In this document: positions 37,801 through 47,691 of the stretch, in pieces
Layout of the letters: the number at the start of each line of letters is the position of its first letter
Position numbering within the stretch: the stretch's first letter is position 1
IMG/VR virus record: IMGVR_UViG_3300008740_000003
Span: 1-64,000 of that record
Source: a virus
Length of the DNA: 64,000 nt
Reading direction: 5' to 3' (one strand)
Made by a program: the position numbers and the translations under genes
Notes under the pieces: model-generated
The model's input: the letters and a program-made list of their open reading frames with translations, nothing else
Told to the model about the DNA's origin: nothing
Databases searched by the model: none

Positions 37801-40800
37801 GGTGATGCAATAACAATTCTTGGAACGGCTTTAAGTGCATCAACACCAGCAAACGATTTAACAATTAATGTAGATAGTGTAGATACTGCAGGAGAAATTC
37901 TTTCTTTCAGTTATTCAGGAACTGCATTTGACGGAACAGGATCAGTATCAAACGCAACTGGTAGTGTACCAGGTGGCGTAGGAACAGGCGGCACATTTAA
38001 TATTACTAAAACAGCTGGAACATATTCAGTAGCATTGGCAAGTAAAACATATACAGCTATAACTCCTGCATACGCAGGCGGTAATGGTGCTGGATCTATT
38101 TGGGACATAACAATATTGAATAATACTTTTAGTGCCGTTACAATGTCAAATGGTGGAACTGGTTTCATTGTTAATGATTCATTAAGATTTGCAGGAACAG
38201 AATTTGGTGGAGTTGGAGATACTAATGAATTATTAATTAGAGTTACTGGTGAAAGTTCAGGAGTAATAACAGGTCATTCATCTGCAGGTACGGCTCCTGA
38301 TGCAGTAGTAACATACTCAAACCCAGCATTTACTACAAGTGGTTCAGGAACATTAGCACAATTTAACGTAACAAGAACAGGTACAACTTATTCAGCAGTT
38401 ATAACAGGATTAGGAACAAATTACGCACAAAATGATACTATAACAATTGATGGTGGTAATTTAGGTGGTGCATCAACAACAAATGATTGTACATTAACAG
38501 TTGCAACTGTAGACGGTTCAGGTGGAATAACAAGTGTTACACCTACAGGTACAGCCGTAAACACACAATCCTGGACTGGATTAACATCAGCTAACAACTA
38601 TGTAGGTTCAGGAGCTCAATTTAGTGTTACTAACGCAGGCGGTGGTGGTAGCTATAGTAATGTTACAGTAACGTCAGTTGGAGAACATTATACATTAGGT
38701 CAAGAATTAAAAATATCAGGAACAACATTAGGAGGCTTATCTCCTACACACGATTTAACAATTACATTGGATACAGCATTAGGAGCCAATGACGCAATTG
38801 TACAAGGTAATTGGACAGATAGTGGTAATGCTTTACCAGGACCTGAATCAATGGCTTATGTAGTAAATGATATATTAGAAGTTTCTGGTTCGGCTTTGGG
38901 CGGAGTTAATACGACCAATGATGCATACGTTAGAGTGTCTAGCGTAGACGCAGACGGGTCTATTACAGGATTAGCTGTTAGTGGAACAGGAACTGATGGA
39001 GACGTAACATATACGGAAATACCAGAATGGGATGGTTCAACGATACCAGGATGGACTACAAACCAATCAGGTACAGGTGCAACATTTACAATTCAAAGAG
39101 TAGGAACAGCTTATACAGCCACAGTAGTAGCGATAGGATCAGGATTTGTAGGAACAGAACAAATAACAATTTTAGGAACACACTTAGGTGGTGCAACACC
39201 TGGCAATGACGCTTCATTTACTATTTCAACAGTTGACGGATCAGGTGGTATTACAGCCATTAGTGCAGTAACAGGAACCGCGGCTAATACTCAAACATAT
39301 ACAAATGCACCTACATCAAAAAGAATAGGTCAAGGTGAAGCATTTGATATTAGTATTTCAGGTGGAAATTATACTGTAGATGCAATTGCACAGGCAGGTA
39401 CAAATTTCTGGGTAGGACAAATAGTTAAAATTTCTGGATCAACATTATATGGTGCTTCACCAGGAAATGATTTATCATTAGAAATTACATCAATAGATGC
39501 AGTATCAACAGGCGGAATAACAGGCGTAACTGCTACTGGAAGTGCTAACACAGGTACTGGTGCTGTAGGAACATTAATAGGTGGAAGTAATAGACCACAG
39601 GCTGGTGTTGGAGCAGTATTCTACATAACTAGATCATATACAAATGATTCATCAACTACATATACAGAAGCAACAGTTTCATCTTTAGGAACAGGTTATA
39701 ATGTAGGAGATCAAATTGTAGTTTCCGGTTCAAGTTTAGGTGGAGGAACACCTACGCATGATTGCAGTATTACTGTTCAAGCTGTAAATTCATTTGGTGG
39801 TATAACACAATGTACTCATTCAGGTAGTGCAGTAACAGGAACAGGTGTATCAGTTTATTCATCTATTACTTTATCAGATGCAACTACACAAGTTTTACCT
39901 TCTTCATCTACAATAACTTATAGTGCGATAGCAACAATACAAGTACAATTTTTAACACCACACGGTTTAGTTCCAGGAGATGGTTTCTTAGTAACTATTG
40001 GATCTGATAATGGAAGTAATAATCATTTATTAGCATCAGGACCATTCCTTGTTACAGAACTTCCAGCAACTAATCAATTAAGATTCCAAGCTAGAGCTCC
40101 AGGACAAATTACGGATCAGGATTGGTCTGGATTCGTATATGTTAGACCAGATTCATTCTTCGTACATAGACCATTTGATGGAGGTGTACAATTAGGAACA
40201 GGTGGACCACAACATGGTGCACAGGCGATAAGACAATCTAAAAAATATATTAGATATCAATCAGGTAAAGGTATAATGTATACAACGGGTGCCTTGTTTG
40301 CTCCTTCTTATGATATTTTAAATATTGTAGCAGAAGGTAAAACACTTGGTTCAGTTATATCAGTTACTACAGATGAAGTTGATCACGGTTTACAAGTTGG
40401 TGCAATTATAACATTAATTGGAATAGCACAACAAGAATTTAATGATGATTATACAGTAACTCAAATAGTAAATGAAAGAACATTTAAAGTTACTGCTCAA
40501 AGTACTTTAAGTATGTTAACTCCAGAATTTAAAGATCAACCACAAGTATCATTAAAAAATTGGAATGGTGCAACTGTAAGATCAGGTATATTTGATGATC
40601 AAAATGGAATTTTCTGGGAATATGATGGTGTAAACTTAAATCTTGTACAAAGAACAGCTACAAGACAATTAGCAGGAACAATTTCAGTAAATCCTGATTC
40701 TAATACAATTGCAGGAACAGGAACAAGATTTAGAGAACAATTAAAAGCAGGTGATAGAATAGTAATAAGAGGTATGACTCACGTTGTATCTAGTGTTACG

Positions 40801-42588
40801 GATAATGTAACAATGAATGTTACTCCAGACTATAGAGGAGTTAATGCTTCATCTGGTGTTAAAAGTTGTTTAGTATTTGATAAAAAAGTTAAACAAGCTA
40901 ACTGGAATTTAGATAGAGTAGACGGAACAGGAGCTAGTGGATATGATTTAAATGTATCTAAGATGCAGATGATCGGTTTACAAATGTCCTGGTATGGAGC
41001 AGGATTTATTGACTATATGACTAGAGGTGGTGATGGTAACTTTATTTTCTGTCACAGAATGAGAAATTCTAACATCAATACAGAAGCATATATGAGAACA
41101 GGTAACCAACCTGTACGTTATGAAGTTACAAATGAAGGTCCTAATGGTAAACTTTCAGATAATTTAACTGCAGGAGATACAACAATAAGATTAATAGATG
41201 CTTCTTTCTTCCCACCAGGTGGCGGAACACTTTATATAGATAATGAAATTATAACATACACAACTGTTACTGGTAATAAATTAACAGGTGTTACTAGAGC
41301 AACTCAATTAACTAACTTTTCTGCAGGAGCTACTAGATCATATACAGCAGGTCCGGCGGCTGAACACTTTAGAAATACAGGAGTTGTATTAATTAGTAAC
41401 TCAGCAAGTCCAATTATATCACACTGGGGATCATCTTACATAACAGATGGTGACTTTGATGAAGAACGTGGATATCTGTTTAGTTACTCAGCAACGAATT
41501 TAGAATTATCAACTACGAAAAAAACTGTGTTCCTAATAAGATTAGCACCATCAGTTGCTAACGCTTTAACAGGAGACCTTGGAGATAGAGACTTGCTTAA
41601 CAGAGCCCAGTTGCTACTTGAAGGTATAGAAATTACAACTGAACCTGAAGCTACTAATCCAGGTTCACTAGTTGTACAAGGGGTTATTAATCCTCAAAAC
41701 TATCCAATTGATCCAAGTGATATAGGTTGGACGGGACTGTCAGGAACTGCACAAGGTGGTCAACCATCATTTGCTCAAATAGCGGCAGGTGGTTCGGTTA
41801 ACTGGAACGGTGGTGCAACTCAGGTTACAGCAACAGCAGACACATCGGCGGCAATTTCAACTCAAGTTACAAACAACTGGTGGAACATGGGTACTTGGTA
41901 TAACAATTATTCATACTGGTTAAAAGAAGATGGTCCAGGAAACAACAATGGTTTTGATGACAGAAATATTAAAGTGGGAGATTCAGTAAGTGGTGGTAGT
42001 TTCCCTGCAAATACAATTATTACAGAGCTTTATGAATATTCTTATTACTACCTAGCATACTACAGTAATAATCACGGTGGTATTCCAATGGGAACACCTA
42101 TTACGTTTTCTATGGGAGGTACATTAACTAATACAAACTACTTGTACATGGATCCAACTTCATGGGAAGCTTCAAATGCCACACAAGGTACAGAATTAGA
42201 AGACGCTAATTTTCCAGCTGGTACATCAGTTATTAGTGTGGATCCAATAGCAAGATATGGTCCAGTTAGTGGTGGTACAAATTATTACAAAGTAACGTTT
42301 TCACAAACGTCTACCGGGGCTATTGCCGCAGGTGCAAGTGTTACGTTCTTATTTGGTAATCCACCATATGCACAACCAGGTGAAACGATCTTTTCATTCG
42401 TTGCACAGCCAGGTGAAAGAGCAACATTATCTCTTCATCCGATCAAGGAATTGACTAATACTACATTAGGTGGAAGAGGAACATTTCCTAATGGTCCAGA
42501 TGCGTTAGCAATTAACGTATACAGAACATCAGGTGCTGGAGCAGTTAACGGTACAGTTACACTGCGTTGGTCAGAAGCTCAAGCGTAA
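34870..42588 (+). CDS. Giant (2572 aa) virion/baseplate structural protein with nested modules
   Basis: Helical KCNRD and IEAD..DVRYGGN domains, two His/Cys modules, IDADFEYGLQPTKW, about 8 G..Y..GD.I.I.G..LGG..P.ND beta repeats, YIRYQSGKG lectin-like block. Confidence 0.75.
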   Translation: MAKKKLKNYIFQTGIPKSGNNYPIAHNLISKNVDWIKDEMMGYILEKTNLHTKADIYPNTSNRITNNRTFIKDEVWAWVAAQVAGNVAPFAGFTKTEDTIEADVEKVVDAIARDVRYGGNENLRTQTGTYFIDGVLQLANSGDPEIAYWTYMRTLIKDYILPGSAFSSLQTSTSYTPTGATYTPATGDMILTIGAHTLTVGQSVRISTLGLTFTCAKDNNATNHSYPRASGSNAPGGADYFYNKPVKITAKDSMSITINVGVSSNTSAHTFVSASSGSVQSGTIQDLTGTNAESAGVTDYDTKLGQLINTVDNGYLQLPALISSSYKFENFTYNTDKCNRDYQFILDAYLNDLRYNGNKQTRFIASKFWVGTTPQIDGDRQPEIAATNWVRDLITNYVLANRSVNFTPTNAVYTPTTGVMTLTIGTHPITVGQYIRINTNSLTFTCAMDNHGSNHTYPRATGSNAPGGADYAYNEPVLVTGISADSITVNVGISSNTTAHTFVSATTGAVTRSKQSPVVTTQFTDGTLSESNAASRIVTLSNIIADVKEFGLDNLPTLEKNEVSSLKVVNPGGQVNHEDILLITNTTRNTVLYNFADASLGCTVEYEKEEDDDFKAFLQGSDTVTTIFLNADTSTHSLTDAVSIFIEGGELKTRPFDFGTDAIERFRIAKPQSMIDADFEYGLQPTKWQAIATQRGYPSIYEVPGTDVDIASVTTDASTGTAGIGASLITVTTVGPHSMLAGDPLTIIGFAGSGVEGAGRAQGSFVVNAITSNKIFNYYAKAKVGTSNAQVISTKFTQMRKGAFYTGADLGEPTFSVVTQGSSGSVATSLKVLSGQTIVPFTGTAPPTGAPVAGTGIATGTQITAITGSGGAIVSPKIKGDYASGVTQVEVVDAAGILQNSVMDRGDGFGTNIINVNGMVLTLSSPLQSSLIGDQTVYQNVAGLNRSPNGSGATWNVSWTGGTYTVAISVTGLNYQVGDAITILGTALSASTPANDLTINVDSVDTAGEILSFSYSGTAFDGTGSVSNATGSVPGGVGTGGTFNITKTAGTYSVALASKTYTAITPAYAGGNGAGSIWDITILNNTFSAVTMSNGGTGFIVNDSLRFAGTEFGGVGDTNELLIRVTGESSGVITGHSSAGTAPDAVVTYSNPAFTTSGSGTLAQFNVTRTGTTYSAVITGLGTNYAQNDTITIDGGNLGGASTTNDCTLTVATVDGSGGITSVTPTGTAVNTQSWTGLTSANNYVGSGAQFSVTNAGGGGSYSNVTVTSVGEHYTLGQELKISGTTLGGLSPTHDLTITLDTALGANDAIVQGNWTDSGNALPGPESMAYVVNDILEVSGSALGGVNTTNDAYVRVSSVDADGSITGLAVSGTGTDGDVTYTEIPEWDGSTIPGWTTNQSGTGATFTIQRVGTAYTATVVAIGSGFVGTEQITILGTHLGGATPGNDASFTISTVDGSGGITAISAVTGTAANTQTYTNAPTSKRIGQGEAFDISISGGNYTVDAIAQAGTNFWVGQIVKISGSTLYGASPGNDLSLEITSIDAVSTGGITGVTATGSANTGTGAVGTLIGGSNRPQAGVGAVFYITRSYTNDSSTTYTEATVSSLGTGYNVGDQIVVSGSSLGGGTPTHDCSITVQAVNSFGGITQCTHSGSAVTGTGVSVYSSITLSDATTQVLPSSSTITYSAIATIQVQFLTPHGLVPGDGFLVTIGSDNGSNNHLLASGPFLVTELPATNQLRFQARAPGQITDQDWSGFVYVRPDSFFVHRPFDGGVQLGTGGPQHGAQAIRQSKKYIRYQSGKGIMYTTGALFAPSYDILNIVAEGKTLGSVISVTTDEVDHGLQVGAIITLIGIAQQEFNDDYTVTQIVNERTFKVTAQSTLSMLTPEFKDQPQVSLKNWNGATVRSGIFDDQNGIFWEYDGVNLNLVQRTATRQLAGTISVNPDSNTIAGTGTRFREQLKAGDRIVIRGMTHVVSSVTDNVTMNVTPDYRGVNASSGVKSCLVFDKKVKQANWNLDRVDGTGASGYDLNVSKMQMIGLQMSWYGAGFIDYMTRGGDGNFIFCHRMRNSNINTEAYMRTGNQPVRYEVTNEGPNGKLSDNLTAGDTTIRLIDASFFPPGGGTLYIDNEIITYTTVTGNKLTGVTRATQLTNFSAGATRSYTAGPAAEHFRNTGVVLISNSASPIISHWGSSYITDGDFDEERGYLFSYSATNLELSTTKKTVFLIRLAPSVANALTGDLGDRDLLNRAQLLLEGIEITTEPEATNPGSLVVQGVINPQNYPIDPSDIGWTGLSGTAQGGQPSFAQIAAGGSVNWNGGATQVTATADTSAAISTQVTNNWWNMGTWYNNYSYWLKEDGPGNNNGFDDRNIKVGDSVSGGSFPANTIITELYEYSYYYLAYYSNNHGGIPMGTPITFSMGGTLTNTNYLYMDPTSWEASNATQGTELEDANFPAGTSVISVDPIARYGPVSGGTNYYKVTFSQTSTGAIAAGASVTFLFGNPPYAQPGETIFSFVAQPGERATLSLHPIKELTNTTLGGRGTFPNGPDALAINVYRTSGAGAVNGTVTLRWSEAQA

Positions 42589-42978
42589 TTATTTCTTTTC
42601 AGGATTGTCTTTTTTGGATTGGCTATCGCCTTTTATAACTCTATAATTATCTTCAGAATGATCAGGTGTACTAACTTCGGATACGCTACCATGATCAGAT
42701 ACTAATTCTAATTGATGAGGCATTAATGGTGGATTGTACCAAGTTTCACCTTCTTTAAATTCTTTAGTATATAAGGTTGCATCTTTAGTATCAATCCAAT
42801 GTAATTTGAATACTCCACTATTACAAAACCAAGTTTCATCTTTGTCTTTATGAAAATGCATACTAAATTTTGCACCTTTTTTAGTAAAGACCATAATTTT
42901 TCCACAGTATTTGTCGCTGGATGCCCATATTAATTCATAGCCCCAACCCATTTCTCTTTTACCTAGTTTATTGATCAT
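42589..42978 (-). CDS. Cupin-fold protein (sugar isomerase/epimerase-like)
   Basis: GWGYE..W...YCGK...SMHFHKDKDETW...PLMPHQL...EVST...DNYRV..GDSQ; metal-binding HxH..E..H. Confidence 0.8.
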   Translation of the reverse strand: MINKLGKREMGWGYELIWASSDKYCGKIMVFTKKGAKFSMHFHKDKDETWFCNSGVFKLHWIDTKDATLYTKEFKEGETWYNPPLMPHQLELVSDHGSVSEVSTPDHSEDNYRVIKGDSQSKKDNPEKK

Positions 42979-43789
42979 CGATAAATTCCTTAACTGTTTT
43001 CCAATTAATGTCTATATGTTTATTTAATTTTGTTAAATCGGCGCAAGTATAAGTTTGATATTGTTTGCTTAAATTTATTGGCATAGGTATTGTTTCTAAT
43101 TTGGCATTGTATTTTTCAGCAATAATTTTAGCTATTCTTAAAAAACTAGTAGACTTACCAGTACCTACATTAAAAATACCACTTGTATCTGTTGTTAACA
43201 TTTGTTCATGTACTTTACATATATCACTTACACAAACAAAATCTCTCATATAATTTTCACTATTTTCAAAAACTTTAATTACTTTATTTTCTTTAGCTTG
43301 TTTTGTAAATTTAGTTATAGGTGACGCTTGATCTTTTTTATCTTCTTCATGAGGACCATACACATTAAAATATCTAAATCCTTGAACAAGAATTTGAAAT
43401 CCATCTTTATCTACAGATTCTACAAAACGATCAAAGAAATATTTGCTCCATGCATAAGCATTCATAGGATAAACAGGACCTTCTTCATTAAAATTTCCTG
43501 TAGTTCCATATACACTAGCAGAGCTGGCGTATTGAAAATTTGTTCCCATAGTATCACATAATTGTAACAACCTCATACTAAAGTCATAATTTTGTTTCAT
43601 TATTTTGTTTACATTTGTTTCAGTAGTTTTAGAAATTGCTCCTAAATGAATTATCCAATCATATTTTGATGGATCTGGGAAAGAATTTTCTATATAATCA
43701 TAACCTTCTACAGTATGTCCTTTAGTTTGTAAATATGCAAACAAATTACGTCCTATAAATCCTTTATATCCTGTTATTAAAATATTCAT
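42968..43789 (-). CDS. hldD: ADP-L-glycero-D-manno-heptose 6-epimerase (NAD(P)-dependent SDR)
   Basis: ILITGYKGFIG, HLGAIS.TTE, YASSASVYG, P.NAYAWSK, RYFNVYGPHE..K, RDFV. Start placed at 43789 (TAATG coupling); the track extends it to 43810. Confidence 0.85.
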   Translation of the reverse strand: MNILITGYKGFIGRNLFAYLQTKGHTVEGYDYIENSFPDPSKYDWIIHLGAISKTTETNVNKIMKQNYDFSMRLLQLCDTMGTNFQYASSASVYGTTGNFNEEGPVYPMNAYAWSKYFFDRFVESVDKDGFQILVQGFRYFNVYGPHEEDKKDQASPITKFTKQAKENKVIKVFENSENYMRDFVCVSDICKVHEQMLTTDTSGIFNVGTGKSTSFLRIAKIIAEKYNAKLETIPMPINLSKQYQTYTCADLTKLNKHIDINWKTVKEFIDDQ

Positions 43790-44388
43790 TAGTATCCGTC
43801 TGTTTGCCAATCTCTAGTTAATTTACATATTTCTTCTGGTATAGACAAATAAGAATATTTGCTATCTGGAATTGGCACAAAATTAATATTAATTGCTATT
43901 CTAACTTTTTCATCTGTACAAGTAGAACCTGAATGATTTAGATAGCTAGGAAAAATAACCATTGAATTTGCAACACTAGGTATTTGTACACCATTTTTAA
44001 ATTCAGTATATCCATTATTAGTATTAACATAAAATATTGCTGTAAGTGAGCAAGGATGAATAGTATCTATATGGTATCCGTGAACAACTACTTTATCGGC
44101 TTTTGGAATAAGATTAGCTTTAATTCTAACAAAGTTTATTGGATCTAAAACTGCAAAAATTGGCATTAAAATTTCCCAATTTTCTCCTTGTGTAACAATT
44201 TTACTAAATTCTTGAAATTGATGTACAAATTGTTGTTGATATTCTGATGTACCTGGTTTTGCCATAGCATCTCCTACAACATAATCATAATAGTACCAAG
44301 GAAAACTTTTATCCATTATTCTATTTCTTAATTTTTCAAAATCTTCAGTACTTAATACATCATTAACAGTTATAATTTTATCTTTCAT
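43789..44388 (-). CDS. 2OG-Fe(II) dioxygenase
   Basis: HID...AIFYVNTNNGYTEF...FPSYLNHSG.TCTD..RIAININF (HxD...H...R triad). Confidence 0.85.
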   Translation of the reverse strand: MKDKIITVNDVLSTEDFEKLRNRIMDKSFPWYYYDYVVGDAMAKPGTSEYQQQFVHQFQEFSKIVTQGENWEILMPIFAVLDPINFVRIKANLIPKADKVVVHGYHIDTIHPCSLTAIFYVNTNNGYTEFKNGVQIPSVANSMVIFPSYLNHSGSTCTDEKVRIAININFVPIPDSKYSYLSIPEEICKLTRDWQTDGY

Positions 44389-45619
44389 TTTTAATTTTCT
44401 CTATTATATCACTTGTAGAATGTCCTTCTATTCTTGAAAAAATTTTGACGTCTGCAAGTTCATTTCCTATTACTGTTTCTACAGTCCAATCACCGCCTTT
44501 TACTATAATATCTGGCATAATTTCTTTCATAAGATTGTGTGGATTATCTTCTTCAAAAACTTTAACTTCATCTACCCACGGTAACATCATTAATTGTTTA
44601 ACTCTTTTATCAACATCATTAATAGGTCTATCAGGACCTTTTATTTTTTTAACACTAGCATCACTATTAATTCCAACAATTAATTTTTTACCTAAACTTT
44701 TTGCATATTTTAATAATTCTAAATGACCTATATGTAAAATATCAAATACTCCATTAGTAAAAATAACTCCTTTTTGTAAATCATTTAAAGTAACAGGAAC
44801 AACACCACGTTGTTCTACATTTCTAGCTGATGCCATACACGCTAATTTACAACATTCAAATACATTAATATCTTTGGATATACCATAAGCTAATACACTT
44901 AAAAATGTATCTCCTGCACCTGTGACGTCAGCAACATCTTTTGCTTTTTCTTTTAATAATTGATATTCACCTGTAGTAGATAATACATGAGCACCATTAC
45001 TACCATCTGTAACTATTAACCATGTCCATTGATGATCTCGCATAAATTTAAGAGCATCACTAATTGAAAATACACCATTCCATTCTTTGTATTCTTTCAT
45101 ATTTGGTTTAACAATATAAGCTCCATCATAGGTATCTGCACTTTGTTTTGGATCAACTATTACATATTTTGTTTTTTCTAATAATTTAGATATTGTATCT
45201 TTTTTAATAACACCTTTATTATAATCACTAACAATTACTATATCATTTTCTTTACAGTCAACAATAATTTCATTAGAATAATTTTCTTCTTTATCTAATC
45301 TTAATACGTGTTTACCACCTTGACCTATTATTCTAGTTTTAGTAGTTGTAACAGAATGATCATAATTTAATTTAGGATGTATTTCTTGTGTCAAAAATAA
45401 TTTTATTAATTTTTTACCTGAGTCATCTTGTCCTACTGCACCATATAATTCACAAAATATTTTTAAATTTGCAATATTAACTGCAACATTTCCAGCACCA
45501 CCTATACTATATCTTTTATTTTGTTCTTTTAAAACTAATACAGGTCCTTCAGGTGAAACTCTATTAGCTTGACCTTCTACCCATACATCTAGCATAATAT
45601 CACCAATTATTTTAATCAT
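44378..45619 (-). CDS. hldE: Bifunctional heptose-7-phosphate kinase / heptose-1-phosphate adenylyltransferase
   Basis: GDIMLD...RVSPEGPV, GGAGNVA, SDYNKG, DVTGAGDTF (PfkB) fused to FTNGVFDILHIGH...NSDASVK..KG..RPIN...KGGDW...GHSTS. Confidence 0.92.
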   Translation of the reverse strand: MIKIIGDIMLDVWVEGQANRVSPEGPVLVLKEQNKRYSIGGAGNVAVNIANLKIFCELYGAVGQDDSGKKLIKLFLTQEIHPKLNYDHSVTTTKTRIIGQGGKHVLRLDKEENYSNEIIVDCKENDIVIVSDYNKGVIKKDTISKLLEKTKYVIVDPKQSADTYDGAYIVKPNMKEYKEWNGVFSISDALKFMRDHQWTWLIVTDGSNGAHVLSTTGEYQLLKEKAKDVADVTGAGDTFLSVLAYGISKDINVFECCKLACMASARNVEQRGVVPVTLNDLQKGVIFTNGVFDILHIGHLELLKYAKSLGKKLIVGINSDASVKKIKGPDRPINDVDKRVKQLMMLPWVDEVKVFEEDNPHNLMKEIMPDIIVKGGDWTVETVIGNELADVKIFSRIEGHSTSDIIEKIKNER

Positions 45620-46050
45620 GTTATAAATTTAACCATTTTAAAAACTGTTTCTAATTTTGTTTGATTAGTTTTATTTTGTAATGTTTTTCTTAATCCTTGA
45701 TGCAAAGGCTTTGGCCATCTACCAAAAGACACCCACGAATATCCATCGTGTTCTTTGTTTAATTTAGGAATAAATTCATTTTTGACTAAACAGAGATATG
45801 TATGATATAAGAAATTTTCATCATTACTGATAAAAGTTTCCATTGGAATAGTTTTAATAATTTTTTGGTCACCTATCTCTTCTTTAATTTCTCTTTTTAA
45901 ACCTACCCACGCATTAGAATCAGTAGTAGTTGTACCACCAACTAAACCCCAAACATGGTTTTGTTTGCTTTGTGTTCTATGTAATAATAAAAAACGTTGG
46001 GTGTCTAAAGTATAGAAAAGTGCTCCGCAACCAATTATTCTCTGGGTCAT
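45616..46050 (-). CDS. NUDIX hydrolase
   Basis: WGLVGG...LKREIKEEIG Nudix box (first Glu replaced); LNKEHDGYSW. Confidence 0.8.
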   Translation of the reverse strand: MTQRIIGCGALFYTLDTQRFLLLHRTQSKQNHVWGLVGGTTTTDSNAWVGLKREIKEEIGDQKIIKTIPMETFISNDENFLYHTYLCLVKNEFIPKLNKEHDGYSWVSFGRWPKPLHQGLRKTLQNKTNQTKLETVFKMVKFIT

Positions 46051-46063
46051 GTAAATAATTATC

Positions 46064-47524
46064 TTAAAGAGAGATGTTCCAGGTTCCTTTACGATATTCG
46101 CCTTCGAAACTTAATAACCAATTTGTGCCATCCCATTTATATTGAATGCCTGTATTAAGGTTGGTAATATAGGTAGGTGTAAATGCTGTTGAATCATCTA
46201 AATTATTAGCACTTGCATTAAAAATTATTGTCCAATCTGTTCCATTCCATTCTACAATATCATTAGCTTCTGCTATAAAGTCTCCTGCATTACCTTTCCA
46301 TGCATCTGGACCGTCTTGATTTCCTGCATCTCCTACAGGTCCTAGTAATAATAATCTTTGACCTGCTACTTTTGTAGTTGATGGATTATAAGTTGATGGA
46401 TCTATTATAAAATCTACTGTACCTTTTGCGTCTGCATATCCTTGAATAACAGAGTCAGTAGGAATAGAATCTGTGTCCCAATTTACAATTAATTGATTTT
46501 CATTTAAAGTGTTTACTGCAAACGTTCCAGTAATTCTTGTGCTTACATCTTTTCTATTCAAATATAATGTACTAATTCCTGCTTTGTAATTTCCTGGTAA
46601 TCTATCTAATAAAGAATTCCAATTTACATTTCCTACAACACCTTTTTCTATTATTTGTGCAATATTATTCATTACAAGTACATCATATTGAATGCCTGTA
46701 GTTCCTACAATACTATCAACATCTGGTTTGTAAGCAACACTAGTATCAATTTTACCATCAGCTGTTTTAACAATATCTGCTTTAATACTTTTAGTATAAT
46801 CATCTTGATATGCTTGTAATTCAGGCATTGTTTGACTAAGGTCAATATTACCTGTTTTTTCATTGTATATGCTAGTAATAATTTGAGTTACTACTCCTAA
46901 TTTTTTAACTTTAGTTGGCGGACTTATCCAAATAGGTGTTGTAAATCCTAAAGTAGCTACATCTATTTCACTTTCTGTTCCAGTTGGAATTGTTCTTCCA
47001 CTAAATTGTACACTTGTTAAATCTACTACACTTAAACTAGTCCAATCAATATAATTGTCTGTAGTTTGGATTTCTAAACTTGGATTGAATAACATCATAA
47101 CTTGTTCTAAAATTTGTAATTTTTGTTCTGTGTTTGTAGACCATATATCACAACTTACTCCTAATGTATAAGGCGTAGGCATTAATCTTTCAACAGTATA
47201 ATTTGCTCCTTGAACATTTAAATATTCTTTTCCTGATTCATCATATTTTCTTTCTCTTACGTGAATTTTGCTAACGTAAGTAGCATCTGCTAATCTGTCT
47301 CTAGCCATTTCTAAATTAGTAATGTATATTGCCATTCTTGGAGCTGATGGGATTTTATTTTCTGAATTATCTCTAACAATATGAGCAACTTGTCTAGTCA
47401 TATCTCCGTACATAACAGGTATTTGTCTTAAAACACCATCACCATCTTTATAGCTAAAGTTACTCATTAGTCTAATAATTTGAGTTATGTATCGTCTAAT
47501 TTGTCCGTCGTAAAAAAATTGCAT
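46064..47524 (-). CDS. gp15: Tail sheath stabiliser / tail completion protein (T4 gp15-like) with C-terminal extension
   Basis: FFYDGQIRRYI...IPVMYG...PRMA...PTPYTL....IW..N.EQKLQILEQV...FNP; adjacent to gp14. Confidence 0.75.
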   Translation of the reverse strand: MQFFYDGQIRRYITQIIRLMSNFSYKDGDGVLRQIPVMYGDMTRQVAHIVRDNSENKIPSAPRMAIYITNLEMARDRLADATYVSKIHVRERKYDESGKEYLNVQGANYTVERLMPTPYTLGVSCDIWSTNTEQKLQILEQVMMLFNPSLEIQTTDNYIDWTSLSVVDLTSVQFSGRTIPTGTESEIDVATLGFTTPIWISPPTKVKKLGVVTQIITSIYNEKTGNIDLSQTMPELQAYQDDYTKSIKADIVKTADGKIDTSVAYKPDVDSIVGTTGIQYDVLVMNNIAQIIEKGVVGNVNWNSLLDRLPGNYKAGISTLYLNRKDVSTRITGTFAVNTLNENQLIVNWDTDSIPTDSVIQGYADAKGTVDFIIDPSTYNPSTTKVAGQRLLLLGPVGDAGNQDGPDAWKGNAGDFIAEANDIVEWNGTDWTIIFNASANNLDDSTAFTPTYITNLNTGIQYKWDGTNWLLSFEGEYRKGTWNISL

Positions 47525-47691
47525 TATTTCTTCTCTAATTTAAATTTTTCATTTGCTTTTTTATTTGTTGGTTCATAAAAAGTTCTAACTTTACCCATAT
47601 ATTTTCGAGTAACTTTTTTAAGTCCTACTGCTTTTTCTGTGCCCGGTATAGGAATACCCCACACGCCTCCTAAAAATTCTCTAAGTCTCAT
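47524..47691 (-). CDS. Small basic hypothetical protein (55 aa; not in the ORF track)
   Basis: MRLREFLGGVWGIPIPGTEKAVGLKKVTRKYMGKVRTFYEPTNKKANEKFKLEKK*; overlaps both neighbours through TAATG junctions. Confidence 0.65.
   Translation of the reverse strand: MRLREFLGGVWGIPIPGTEKAVGLKKVTRKYMGKVRTFYEPTNKKANEKFKLEKK

Noticed and set aside
42586-42591. Convergent genes abutting with no spacer or terminator
   Set aside because: Common in compact phage genomes; no further signal.
42589-45619. Bacterial LPS locus, i.e. a host contig or chimeric assembly
   Set aside because: The genes overlap phage morphogenesis genes seamlessly and share the same composition, so they are phage-encoded.
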